From Camelus ferus (taxonomy: Eukaryota): 64,000 bases of DNA. The DNA lies in assembly GCF_009834535.1 (NCBI RefSeq), contig NC_045697.1, forward strand, positions 43,836,001 through 43,900,000, in the 5' to 3' direction. The position numbers and the translations under genes are program-made. Positions 28,697 to 40,698 of this stretch are shown piece after piece; within the stretch, counting starts at the first letter, position 1; each line of letters begins with the position of its first letter. Below the pieces are notes generated by a model that saw only the letters and a program-made list of their open reading frames with translations, was not told where the DNA came from and did not search any database.

Positions 28697-29711
28697 TACT
28701 ATGGACTGAATTGTGTCCCCCACCAAATGCATATGTTGAAGTCCTAAATCCCCAGTACCCTTGAATGTGACTGTACTTGGAGATAGGTCTTTAAAAAGGT
28801 AATTAAGGATCCAGCAATCCTATTCCTGAGCATAAATCTCAAGAAAACTCCAATTCGAAAAGTCACATGCACCCCAGTATTCATAGCAGCACTACTTACA
28901 ATAGCCAAGACATGGAAGCAACATAAATGTCCATCAACAGATGACTGGATAAAGAAGTCATGGTATATTCATACAATGGAATACTACTCAGCCACCAAAA
29001 AGAGTGAAATAATGCCATTTACAGAAACATGGATGGACCTAGAGATTATCATACTAAGTGAAGTACGTCAGACAAAGACAAATATCACATGATATCACTT
29101 ATATGTGGAATCTAAAAAAATGACACAAATGAACTTATTTACAAAAGAGGAGGAGACTCACAGACATAGAAAACAAACTTATAATTAGCAAAGGGGGAAG
29201 CGGGGGGTGGTGGGTAGGGGGAGGGATAAATTAGGAGTTTGGGATTAGCGGATGCAAACTACTATATACAGAATAGATAAACAACAAGGGCCTACTGTAT
29301 AGCACAGGGAATTATAGTCAATATCTTGTAATAACCTGTAATGATAAAGAGTATGTATACATATGTATGACTGAATCATTGTGCTGTACAACACAATATT
29401 GTAAATCAACTATACTTCAATAAAAAGCTATAAAGAGATAATTAAGATTACAAGAGGTCACTAGGAGGGGCCCTAATCTGATATAACTGGTGTCTGTTTC
29501 AGAGGAGATCACACAGAGGAAAGATCATGTGAACACACTGGAAGAAGTTCACATCTACAAGCCAAGGAGAAATGTCTCAGAAAAACAACAACCCTGATGA
29601 CACTTTTTTCTTGGACTTCTAGCCTCCAGAACAATGAGGAAATAAATTTCTGTTGTTCAAGCCACCCAGTCTGTGGTACTTTGGTGTGGCAGCCCTAGTA
29701 AACTAGTAATA
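28697..29711 (+). mobile_element. MLT1B-like LTR with 5-bp TSD, interrupted by an L1 3' end
   Basis: Begins tactatggactgaattgtgtcccc. TSD CCAGC at 28692-28696 and 29712-29716. Confidence 0.85.
28808..29431 (+). mobile_element. 5'-truncated L1 3' end with 15-bp TSD
   Basis: ORF2 tail and 3'UTR ending aactatacttcaataaaaa. TSD aaaaaggtaattaag (28793-28807) and aaagagataattaag (29432-29446). Confidence 0.9.
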
Positions 29712-30255
29712 CCAGCTGTGCACATAAAGGCAAGCTCTCAGCCCTGACACAGCCCAGCAACCACCTTGCTGCAGCCCTCCTGACATCAGGCCTCATGACT
29801 GCCAGCTGGAAGATGGGTTCTTGTGCCCTAAGACCCTGCACAGTCCCATGTGCCAACCTCCATCCTCCTGCACTCCAGAGTGTTTGCCACCCTTGCCCAC
29901 ATGTACCCCAGAGGATGTTTACTCTTGCCAGTCCTGACCATGGCTTCCTGGCCAGGTTCAGCCCTCCTCCCCCAAGAAGGGTGTTAGCTGCTTGTCTGGT
30001 GTCTAGAGATGCTGGCTGAGCACCACCCAGCAGATGGCCGAGTACCACACACCATCATCCAGTGGGCTGCAACCACTCCTTCTTCAACAAAATTTGAGCC
30101 CCAGCTCAAGGGCAGGAACCCATTCCAAGGTTGTTTCTTCCTTGGGTACTTTTCTCAGCCATAGTTATTAATTGTTACAGTTAATAATACTTTATATTAA
30201 ACTTTCCCTTGTTTATATTATGCTTGGCTTTCACTGCAACATCTAACTGGTAACA

Positions 30256-31620
30256 GAATCGGTTCTGGGAGTGGCCCTGAGAGGCAGACCTGCAAAGATG
30301 GGATTTGGGAGTTGGTTTGATGATGCCCTTGCATTTGAGCACAATGTTGAGCTCCTTGCCAATGGAATATGAGAAGCTAGTAATTCCTAGTGTGCTGGGA
30401 CACCATAATTAAACTATCTCCTGTGGTTGATTGTAACAAAGTGCAACCTGAAGCAAACGTCTTAGGGTCCAAGTGGTTGTTGCACCTGACTGTTACAGCA
30501 GTCAGTGATGACTATAAACAATGTGGTGTGAGGTCAATTTTTCTGAGTGTACTTCAGCACTTACAGAAAGAAAATGACAAATCTTTTAACTTTCAGCTCA
30601 AGTCACTGTTGGAGAACCAGAAAGCTTCCATGACAGACCTAAAACAATCTTTTCCTTTTACACAGAGGGTAATTCCTGTGTGATTCCTGAAAATTAAACA
30701 TAAAATTTAATTGTTTGAGTTGCTGAATTAAAACAATGGTGGAATTTACAGTTTCTGAGCACCTCCTTACCATGGCCGCAGCTTGCAAACCAAGTCCAGG
30801 CAAACTAGCCTTCCTTTGCTTAAATGCCTGTGAAAACCACATCTGGGGCAGATGTCTTAAAAGAGGTCTTTTATTCTCCTCAAGACCCAACCCAGCTTTG
30901 TGACTAGATGCATAACTTAGGTTAAACCCCACGGTACTCCAACAGAACAGGTACACACAAAAGAACAGGTACACAAGAAATAGTTAATGCACCAAAAGAA
31001 TTGCCAGTTTTTTAATGTATCTCATCAGAAACCTGACGAACACATGTGGAAGATTATTCTAAAGATGTTAAAACAAGAAGAGTGGAATATAACACTTGGT
31101 CAGGCCAGATTTATTGGTATGAGAGCTCTTACCAGAGAGCTTTCCTGGCATAATGTGGAGGAGGGAACGCAAAGGCTTGGGGAGATAAAAAAAAATTGAA
31201 CCTGATTTATTATATGCAATCTGCACATCCACCTCCCAGGTATGTTCCAGGAAGAGGCACTGAAGACAATTCCCTTAGGGAAAGCACCTGCATTCTTGGA
31301 AATCTCTGTGGTTGCTGTCTTTTATAGGCTAGGTGTGACCATAAAGGATGTCACCATCAAGAGGGACCCACTGATTTCAGTGGAGATGATGGGACCCTGG
31401 GATAGCTGAGGCAAAGTGACAGCATTTAACCATCAAAGACAAGTTATGTGGACACATCTACCATAAACAGCAGCCTGTCATAAGGTTTGATCCATGTTCC
31501 AGGGAAAACTCTAAGACTGGTAGCCAAAAGTCTGACTTGAGTTGTCCTAGTGACAAGTCACTGCCTTTCACTCAATTTCTCAACCTAAGTGAATTTACAG
31601 ACTCAGAGGTCCTTGAATGA
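30256..31620 (+). mobile_element. ERVL internal region with decayed gag
   Basis: Translations LQKENDKSFNFQLKSLLENQKASM and QKPDEHMWKIILKMLKQEEWNITLGQARFIGMRALTRE resemble ERVL gag. Confidence 0.7.
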
Positions 31621-32051
31621 AAAGTATCTCTTGTGCCCCATCTTAACTACAGCTTCACAGGGAGAGGAATTCTGGGGCCCCACACCTAGCAAGGAGCAGG
31701 ACAGGGATTTGAGTTCCAGCCACTACTCTTAACCACTGTTATCTTTTATCTCCATTCAGGGATCAAGGTGACAAAACCGTCCACCTTGGTCCGAATGACA
31801 TGTAAGTGCAGCTGAGGCACATCACAATGTGGGTGTTGAGGGGTGCACATGGCATTGTAGATCCTCAGTGGCAAATCTGCAGTTGTGGGAGGAATCATTA
31901 TGGCTGCTTCCCCTCTTCTTTCTTTGGGAGAAGACATTCCTAGCAATCTGTAGATGAAAGACAGTACCTGGTGCCTGTTTGTTCATGTTGCCTCTGCACT
32001 AGTCAACGCACACCTTTCTCATCTGGCATGTGAGACCTCCTTAACCCCCCA

Positions 32052-32172
32052 GCTAGGGGGACTGAAGTCCTGGTTTGCCCAGAACTGAGGTGTTTCCTAT
32101 GACTTGGGACTTTGTGTGCTACAACTGGAGAAATCCTGAGCAAACCAGACCCCTATATTCTAGTCACCCAGC
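32052..32172. mobile_element. MER81/MER94-like hAT-Blackjack relic
   Basis: gtcctggtttgcccagaactgagg...gcaaaccagac...gtcaccc, with terminal inverted similarity. Confidence 0.6.
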
Positions 32173-33454
32173 TGTCATTCCAGCAGCTGCATTGCCTAGA
32201 AGTACAGAAAACAGAAAGATGAATTGCTCGGATCTTATCTGATTTTGACCCCACTCCATGATATAATCAACTGTGTTAATTTTTTGGTATACTCTAAATT
32301 GTGTATATCTTCTAGCCATTAGGATTGATTCCAATCAGAAGATGGTAAAACGTTTACCATAAATTCAACAGATAAATAGTTAATGTGAAGCGACTTCATA
32401 GCCCCAGATTACACTGTCTGCCATAGACAAACGACTTCAAAATAATTCCTTCAGAATTTTCAGACTATCTTAACACCATTAAAGATCTACAGCCACTGAG
32501 GGGAACAAATAGTATGTAGGTATATTTAATGCACAGAGGATGTGAAGATTTTCTTTCAACAGCCACACACTGACCATTTTTTCTTTAAAAAAGTTATTTC
32601 AGTTCTCTTTTTTTACCCCTTTATGCCTTCATACAGAATGGCTGATCATCAGTTAAATGTCAGAAAGGCAGGCAGAAGATAAAGGACAAGAAAAAAGAAA
32701 TTTTTTTCTATTCCAGAATCACAGTCTTAAGGATTTTAAATTTCAAAACCACCCCAGCAGCCGTACCTGCAGTTACCTAATGGAGAGAAAGCATGTGACA
32801 TGTTAAGAATGATGGTTAAGTATAAAAATGTGTTACTGGCTTACTTCTTAAAGTAAAAAGTAATAATAAAGTGGAGAAGATTCAGTCTCACAATCGACAG
32901 GTCTGTTGGGAGAAACTAATGATAACAGCCACCACCTACTTGGTGCTGCTGTGTTTCAGGTACTGTTCTAAGCACTCTGGGCCTATTAATTCATTTTATA
33001 GGCAGGAAATGGAGGAAGAGGGTACAAGGTCACACAGGTGGTAAATGGTGATGCTGGGAGTCAGCCCTCCGTGATCAGAGTCCAGAGTCCTTGCTTTAAC
33101 CTTGAGGTAAATTGCCCCTTCACTGGAAATAATACAGTCATATGCGAAGGAATTGAGAAAGACTGTATCAGTGGTCAAAACGATTTTGAGCCAGGACTGA
33201 AGCAAGAAAATAAGAACCACTTTCATTTATACTAAAGGCCTAGAAACAGGAAGTGGTCTTTCCCAAATGGTGTGGGATGAGAGCAATGTGGAACACTGAA
33301 AAGGGGATCCAGCCATCCTGGCCACAGACGTTAGCTGTTATGGCCGGTTCCTTAGTGGGGAGGAACTGGAAACTGACATCAGGACCTTTAGAACTGTGAA
33401 GCATGTAGAATGGATTCAGTCATTCTTAAATCCCTTTGTCTTCTTCATAAGATT

Positions 33455-33738
33455 CTTTTTTTAAATTGAAGTATAGTTTATTTACAATGTTGTGTTAATT
33501 TCTGGTGTACAGCATAGTCATTCACTTATACACACACACACACATACATATTCCTTTTCAGATTTTTTTCAGTATAGGTTACTCCAAGATAATGAATATA
33601 GCTCCCTGCGCTATACAAAAGAAATCTGTTGTATATCTATTTTATATGTAGTAGTTAGTATCTACAAATCCCAAACTCCCAATTTATCCCTCCACTCATC
33701 CTCCTTTCCCCCCTGGTAACCATAAATTTGTTTTCTTT
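33455..33738 (-). mobile_element. Short L1 3'UTR fragment
   Basis: ttttaaattgaagtatagtttatttacaatgttgtg...ccctggtaaccataaatttgttttct, the reverse complement of the tail type seen at 29.1-29.4 kb. Confidence 0.8.
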
Positions 33739-35049
33739 TTCATAATCTCTTGAATAACAGAATCTCTCTGGGAATATTTGCATGTTAATAACAGGGCAGA
33801 ATGAACCCTACCTAATAATTACCATCTCTATCTTGATATCTAGTCTCCTGTATTTCATGTGTGGGGTGTGTGTGCGTGCGCAGTAGGTATCAAGAGCAGG
33901 GACAACGGGACATACATGTGTTTGTCAGTTTTAATCTAGAGATAGTAATTAAGCATGTGCAGTCCTCTCATCAGGAACTCGCCTTCCGGGTATATGTAGA
34001 ATGCCTTTATCAGGTCTCCATAATTCAGAGGACTTACTACCAGCAGTACAACTACTGCTCTCTCAATATGTTGATTGTTAATAAGCTTAAGAAATTATAG
34101 AAATAGTCTAGCTGATAAAATGAGAGATGTTTAAGTTATGTATATTAACTAGCAATACTGTAGAGGTACATCTGCCTTTATATGTACAGGAATATATGAA
34201 TTTATGAGCCCAGCAGCCTGCATCTTTCACAGTATTCTCCTTGGCTCTGGCTCTGGTGTAGACCTGAAGATTCTGCTACTTGTTCTGACTAGTGAGTGAG
34301 CTGAACCTACCTTTAGAATATTATTGCATCTGCCTTGATTAACCCTTTCATGCAAGATATTTGGCCATGTGTCAGTGGTGGTGACAAGTGGTCATCCATG
34401 AAAAAATCCATTCTGCCTTCCTTCCCAGGTGCTTGGCTACACCAACTTACAGCCCACCTAATGGATAGTTATAATCACATGGCTATGTTTTGTCTGATGG
34501 AATGTGAGGAAGATAATGTGTGCTTAGATTTTGGGGTCTAAGCTTTAAGACCACGAGTATGGCTCCTCCATGTTCTCTTTCCCTTCTTGCCCTTTGGATA
34601 GTTAGGATGTTGGCCATGCAGACAACAAAGGCCCTGGAGATGGTGGAATACCCTGTTAAAGGAACCTGAGTTCCTGAGTAACTACCTGGAATAGAGGCCA
34701 CCAGCTGACTTCAAAGGTTCACCTTAGACTCTTTTTAAACTACTATACTACTGTCTCTTTGCTGCATCAGCTTTTCCTTACCTCAGCTAATACAGTACCT
34801 AATGGATTGAGCTGAGTTTATAGGAACAGGGAACCTGCTTGCTAATAATGATAAGCAGAGCAGAATTTAGTCTGAGGTTCAATACTAGAGTAACATGCAA
34901 CTTTTAGTGCATTTGGGGTTCAACAACATGAAGTGCTCACCTACTTCTAACTTTTGGAGGCCTTCAACATCTTCCAGTCAGAATCAAACAGTGGTTAACA
35001 ACTTAGGCCAATTTGCAACAAGCCTAGTCTGAGCTCAGTGACAGACAGG

Positions 35050-35830
35050 GAGACATCAAGGATAACTCAGGTATCTGGCTTGGGCAGCTGGGGGACAGAA
35101 ATGCATTTTCTAAGGGAAAAGAGGATGAGTTCAGTTTTGGATGTGTTGGGTTTGAAGTGCCTGCAAGATTTCCAGGTGGATCCAGAGTAAAATATTCATG
35201 CCTAGAAATCAGAAGAGAGAGATATCTAGTTTTGATACCTTCGGAAAGGTTTGGGAACCACCCACTTATGGGTAATTACCTTAGGAGAGGCTATGGAGTG
35301 AGAAAATCAGAAGGACTAAGACAGAGCCTTAGACAGAGCCTTAGACAGAGCACGCGTTTAATTGAGAGGGAAAGATGAGGAGCCTGCAGAAGAAATGGTG
35401 AGGTGGTGGGGCATTAGAAATCAACCTGGACATTAATCTCCTGGAAGACAAAGAGGGGACCTACAGGAATGAATTAATATTTCCAGCTGCCAGAGAGAGG
35501 TTAAGTAAAGTAAGGGCTGAATTTGGAGGTGTGATGACAGCAAGAACCAGACTCCAGCGGATTAAAGGTAAGAGTTAAAAAAAGAAATAGAGGCAACTTT
35601 TCAAGAATTTTGGTTCTGAATATGAAGAAAGAAATAGGCCAAGAGTTGATAGAGGTGGACCAGCCTAAGGATGTTGTTATTCTGTGTTGAGTTCACGTGA
35701 GAGAAATTTGAGCATATGTAAATACTGACGAGAAGGATCCAGTGGAGAATTAGGGTGGAAGATCTGGAGGAGAAGATGGTTGGTGGACTAAAGTCCCTGA
35801 GAGAGCAGGAGCGGAAATACAGGTAGAGGA
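35050..35830 (-). mobile_element. L2 LINE fragment
   Basis: gatgagttcagttttggatgtgttgggtttgaagtgcct, a typical antisense L2 motif. Confidence 0.6.
35319..35351 (+). repeat. 12-bp tandem repeat (AGACAGAGCCTT x ~2.7)
   Basis: Direct read of the sequence. Confidence 0.85.
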
Positions 35831-36361
35831 TATAATTTTTTCAGCTCCATATTTGAAAGCCAAATGTCAGCTGGAAACTCTAACCCCTCATCATCATTGT
35901 GTCTAGATGTATGGCCTCTATTTCATTCTGCACTGACCAAGGACTCAGCACTCATTCCTTCTCCAGTTTCCAGGGGGAAGAAATCTAGTCACCCAGGCAT
36001 TTCATAATTTTTATAGAATTCACTTAGAATTTGGAGGATCCATAAAGAGGGTCCATTGTGCAATGCCCAGCATGATAGCATCATGTGTGTTCCCTGCAGG
36101 GCTAGAAGTCTGTGGGACCAGGAAGACATGCCCACCTGGGTCCTGCACTATACTATGTTCCCTTCTGTGCTATGTTCAGGGTGCCTGAGAACTCAGAATT
36201 ATCTGCCCAAACAGCCCTAAACCTACTTCAGGACTTTTGCAGCCTCTTTCCCAGCTCATTCCTCCCAAGGTTAGACTGCCCAGCTGGAGTACACACCCAT
36301 AGTCCCCAAGGGTGCCAAAAGGACTCATGTTTTATGGAAGCAGGGTTGTCAGATGACAGCA

Positions 36362-36560
36362 TCAAGAAAGTATTTGTAAATTGAGGTATGTACTTTTGAA
36401 AGACATAATGCTTGCACACTTAGCAGACTACAGTGTAGTATAAACATAACTTTTATATGCACTGGGAAACCAAAAAAATTTGTGTGACTCACTTTATAGC
36501 CATATTCGCTTTACTGTGGTGGTCTGGAACCAAACCCACAATATCTCCGAGGTATGCCTG
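36362..36560 (+). mobile_element. Tigger1 3'-terminal fragment
   Basis: gactacagtgtagtataaacataacttttatatgcactgggaaacc...atatctccgaggtatgcctg (terminal inverted repeat end). Confidence 0.85.
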
Positions 36561-38984
36561 TGTACTCTTGCCCCACACCCAAAGGGGTTCTGGGAAATAG
36601 ACTCTTGTAGGAAGGGTGGGGTTGGTGAGCCCTGATTTATAGCTCTTACCAATTTCTGTGATATAAATACTCCTTCCATGGGTTATTTCAAGCTAGCAAC
36701 ATGACAGAGTTGCACATTTGACTCTCTTGAGCAACATCTCTGCCCAAACCCGCAAATATTCGGGGCTGGACTGACCTGCAGTGCGCCACCTTGCTTGGCT
36801 CTCTTCTTACCCTACTCTTTCTCTTCCCCTTTTTTCTTCCTTTTTCCCTCTTAGGAGCAACATAACTTCCTCTCCTCATTGATGTAATAATTTTACAGTC
36901 ATCTTCTGTAATTTGAGTCTGATCTTGGATTTTACCCTTCACTCTCACTAGCTTTTCAAAGTGTTTCTTCTAAACAAATGTGCCTCTCTTCTCTAGAGTA
37001 CTTCTTCGTGAAGTTCTTCTCCAGCGTGTTCCACTGCAGACTGGCTTGTATGATAATTTGGCCTGGAGATAATTCACCTTAATGATGATGATAAACTCAG
37101 AGAGGATGTTAAGAGGCTTTTGAAACTGTAAAGCTGCCCCTGCTTTGTCCCAGTTTACCAACTCTTCAAAAGCTACGGACAGTTCATCCTTGTTGCTTAC
37201 TACATTCGGAGTAACAGCCAAATAAATGAGTCCCACCCAGGGGAATCCAGTATTCATTTCATTCTGAGACTGCAGTTGTTATTTGCAACAGGAGACTCCC
37301 ACTTGGGTACCTGCCTTCAAACTCAGGTTCTGAGAGCCAGTTTTAAATTACCTTGTAGAGTTTGTCTGCTGAGTGATTAACTATCTCATTTCCCATTCTG
37401 GAGACAGTCCCTGAAGAGACGCTGTGTAGACACCAAGCGTCATATTTGTCTTTATTTTAATGAATATGTAATTTAATTAGGTACTTATTATTAAGCTAGT
37501 TGATTGTTTAATAGTTGCGGAATACCTTTAATACTCAAAAAAATGAAAGCAAATATGAAATTCTAGAAAAGTGCTGAAGATCATATGTTAAAAGTAAGTC
37601 AATAATGAAGTTTCTATGAATGCATCTCTTTGGAAGCAGTTCTACTTATGAATTTAAGCATCTTAATAAACATTTCAAGAGTAGACTATAAAAATAAGAC
37701 AATTTTTTGACAAAAGCCTACATTTTCTAAGATTTAGTAGTTTGCATGGGATTTATCTCATTATACTTCTTCAGGTTTTATTCTTCTAAAACTTAAAGAA
37801 AAAGAATTACCTCTGTTGGTGTTACATTCCCAAGAAAAATTATATGCAAATAACTTAATTCTAGATGATCACCCCTCTCCAACAAAGAGTGGAGGAAGGA
37901 CAAAGATGGTAACACAGGTTACATATATTAATCTCAGTGTGTGTCAGGTGCATATCAATTTTAAAAATAGTCCCTTCATCTTGTTGGATCTTTACATTCA
38001 CAAATTTTGAACAGTATAGGTGCCAGCTTAAATGCTCCGTCTCTATCTCTTCTGATTATCGCCAAATCAATTTATCCAATACTTAATATTGGTATTAGAA
38101 TAAATTAATGTGGGATTGACAGTGCTTTCTTAGAACTAGTAAGTAGAATCTAGGGGTTGGGTGACATTTTTAGTAATTCCAATCTTAAGAGAAAGTAAAT
38201 AATATTTGCTTCTGCCAATCATATAGTCTTTAGCCTCATAAGCTGTTTCAATATGCATTATGATTCTAATTATAAACTCCCTGGAGACAGAAGCCATGTA
38301 TACATTTTATCTGTCACTGTGCCAATAGGACATTCCAAAGCTTCCTGTTCCTAATCCAGATTTTCATTTGTCTTTTTCTGAGGAGGGTTAAGAGGAAGCT
38401 ATTTTTCTTAAAGGTTTGTATGATGGGAAGATAACTAATGGTGCAAAAATCCTATCCTTATTGTAGGAACAAGGAAAGGAGGTAGGACAAAGAAATCTTA
38501 ATGGCAAAATTAACAGACAAATTAGGGGACAGTTTTTCATAGCATCACAAAATAAGATAGTCCTCAGATCATAATCTAGTAAAATACCTACCTTGTTTCT
38601 AAGAAAAATTTTAATTAATGTTAAAGAATTGGAGTTACAGAAAAAAAAAATAGTATTATCCATGCTAAATACACCTATACACGTATAAATAGTTATTGGA
38701 GGAGAAATTCTTTCTACTCAAGGACACCTTAGAGATGTCTATTTCTCAGTCATTATTCTCTCTCACAGTCTCCCTTCAGTAATTATTCCAGAGGTAGGTC
38801 TGGATTCCTATGGCAGCAGGATATTCATATAACAGGGTGGTTCACCATGCCCTTACTGAGACTTTAGTTAGCGACATTCTTCAAATCAGAGGATTCAGTG
38901 AGATAAGGGCTCCATGTCTCCTGATCTCAAAACAGACTTGAGAAAGTTAAGAAAACAGCAGTGACACTTCTGTGAATCCCTACT

Positions 38985-39480
38985 TGATGCCTGCTTATTT
39001 TTCTCCTCCAAGGAAAGTCCTCTTTTGTGACATTCTGATGCCTTGGATAGAATATTCAAAATTTCCTGGACCTTGTCCTTGAATGACCTTGGCCATTTTT
39101 CTGTGGCAAATCCTATATGACTCTTGTGATCCTGAGATCAGAGCCAAGTATCACAAGGGGGCCTCTGGTCCACCACACAGGGCAATAGCGGTTGTTTTTG
39201 CTGAATCTCACTTTGGCAATTCTTTGAAATCCGTCAAGGGAGGTCCAAGCTCCTTCGCTACCTCAGCCATCAACTTCAGTGCAGGTTATATGTTGGATTT
39301 CTCATCTCTAAGTGTCCTCACACTCAGAGCAGCAGACACGATTGGAGGTTTCTTTCCAACTTCTTCGGACACCCTCATAGCAAAATGTGTCCACATTCAG
39401 TTGTAGTTGATTTGATCAAAAGAGTAAATGAATAATGTGTACAGAACAAGTCAAGTCTCCTTGAAATCTGGTGGATATGA
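38985..39480 (-). pseudogene. Decayed TRIM-family RING + B-box2 + coiled-coil-start segment
   Basis: Frameshifted minus-strand translation: FQGDLTCSV / TTECGH / FCYEGVRRSWKETSNRVCCSEC / ALKLMAEVAKEL / EIQQKQPLLPCVVDQRPPCDTWL*SQDHKSH / SFKDKVQEILNIL. The order and spacing match a TRIM RBCC N-terminus, with stops and frameshifts. Confidence 0.75.
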
Positions 39481-40347
39481 GGCAGCTCTTTTCCTTATAT
39501 GGTGTCCATAGTCAAAGCTCTCACACCAACCCTCCAGCGCTGGCTTTAGGAGTTCCACAGTTTCCTAATAACCTCTTACTGGCCCCTCCTTTCTCCTTAT
39601 TTGTGAAGTTTATGGGGTAGAGGCTATACTGATGAAGTTTTATGAAGCTTGAGTACACCAGTTTTAAGGTCTATGGGCTTTACACACATGGTCCCAGTGC
39701 TCATCTTGGAGCATTCTAACCAGCAGAGAGGAATTCCACATTCACTCACTATTGATTACCTCAGGATCTTTGGCTCCAGGAGGCAAACTCTACTCTTTCT
39801 TTGCTCTTAGTTATTTTTACATTATGCTGAGAACACACAGGGAGGCATGCAGACTGTATGATTCTATGTGCATAAAATTCTAGAATCAGCAGAACAAATC
39901 TATAGTGCCAGAAATCAGATCAGTGGACACCTAAGGCAGGTTGGGGGAGGACTGCAATGTTGAAAATGTTCTGTATCTCAGCAAGTGTATACATTTGTCA
40001 AATCTCATCAAGCTGTCCAATTAAATGTATGTGTTTTATTGTATATAAATAATACCTCAATAAATTTGATTTTTAAGTCCTTTCGAAATTTTTTTTACAA
40101 GTATCATATCATTCTGAGGATTGAGCTTCCTAAAAATTGCCTTTCAATTCAAGGTCACACTTGAAATTTAATCATCTTCCATCTTTTGTGAATGTCCTTT
40201 GATATCTGAGTTTACTAGAGAATTTACTAGGCTGCCAAGTATGTCTCTTTAGATAACTCTTCCTTTTCTTCTTATCCAAGATCACCCTTGTTTGCAAAAT
40301 TTAGAATTTCATTTCAAAGTACTTCTCCCAAATACTTGTCATCTTAC

Positions 40348-40698
40348 CTTTAGGGGTCTTTATCCCAGGAGTCCTATTATTTATCAAAAAATTTTAGATA
40401 CTTCTTACCGAAGTCTAGGATGTCTATCTGATCATGTCTAACTCTCTTTGACTTCATGAATTCTAAAATAAATTGATCATTCTCTTCCCATGAATTCATG
40501 TCACTTCCACTTCTCTGACAAGTTCCTTCTTGTGGCCAGCATTTAGTACTTACTTCTTCCACTTTTGGGGGGAGTTGGGGAAGTAACTATATTTATTTAT
40601 TTTTGTTGGAGGTACTAGGGATTGAACCCAGGACCTCGTGCATACTAAGCACATGTCTACCACTAAGCTATACTGTCCCCACCTCTTCCTCTAAGTTT
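40348..40698 (-). pseudogene. Putative decayed exon with HJURP-like QIDILDFGKKYL motif, split by a SINE
   Basis: Acceptor gttttctcag (AG at 40700-40699), donor AAG|gtaaga (GT at 40347-40346). The motif at 40430-40395 resembles remembered HJURP QVDILLQGAEYF. Confidence 0.35.
40564..40680 (-). mobile_element. Vic-1-like tRNA-derived SINE
   Basis: ggaggtactagggattgaacccaggacctcgtgcatactaagc...ccactaagctatac. Degenerate 12-bp TSD acttcttccact (40552-40563) and acctcttcctct (40681-40692). Confidence 0.88.

Larger units (their letters stand above)
28450..30255 (+). mobile_element. ERVL-class LTR (LTR33/LTR41-like), split by nested MLT1 and L1
   Basis: aagctttgtcagtagaaggtgctggagggacattgcagga motif. 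The sequence resumes after 29716 and runs into ERVL internal sequence. Confidence 0.55.

Noticed and set aside
39083..39406. Plus-strand 107-aa ORF
   Set aside because: Antisense shadow of the TRIM remnant; no recognisable motif.
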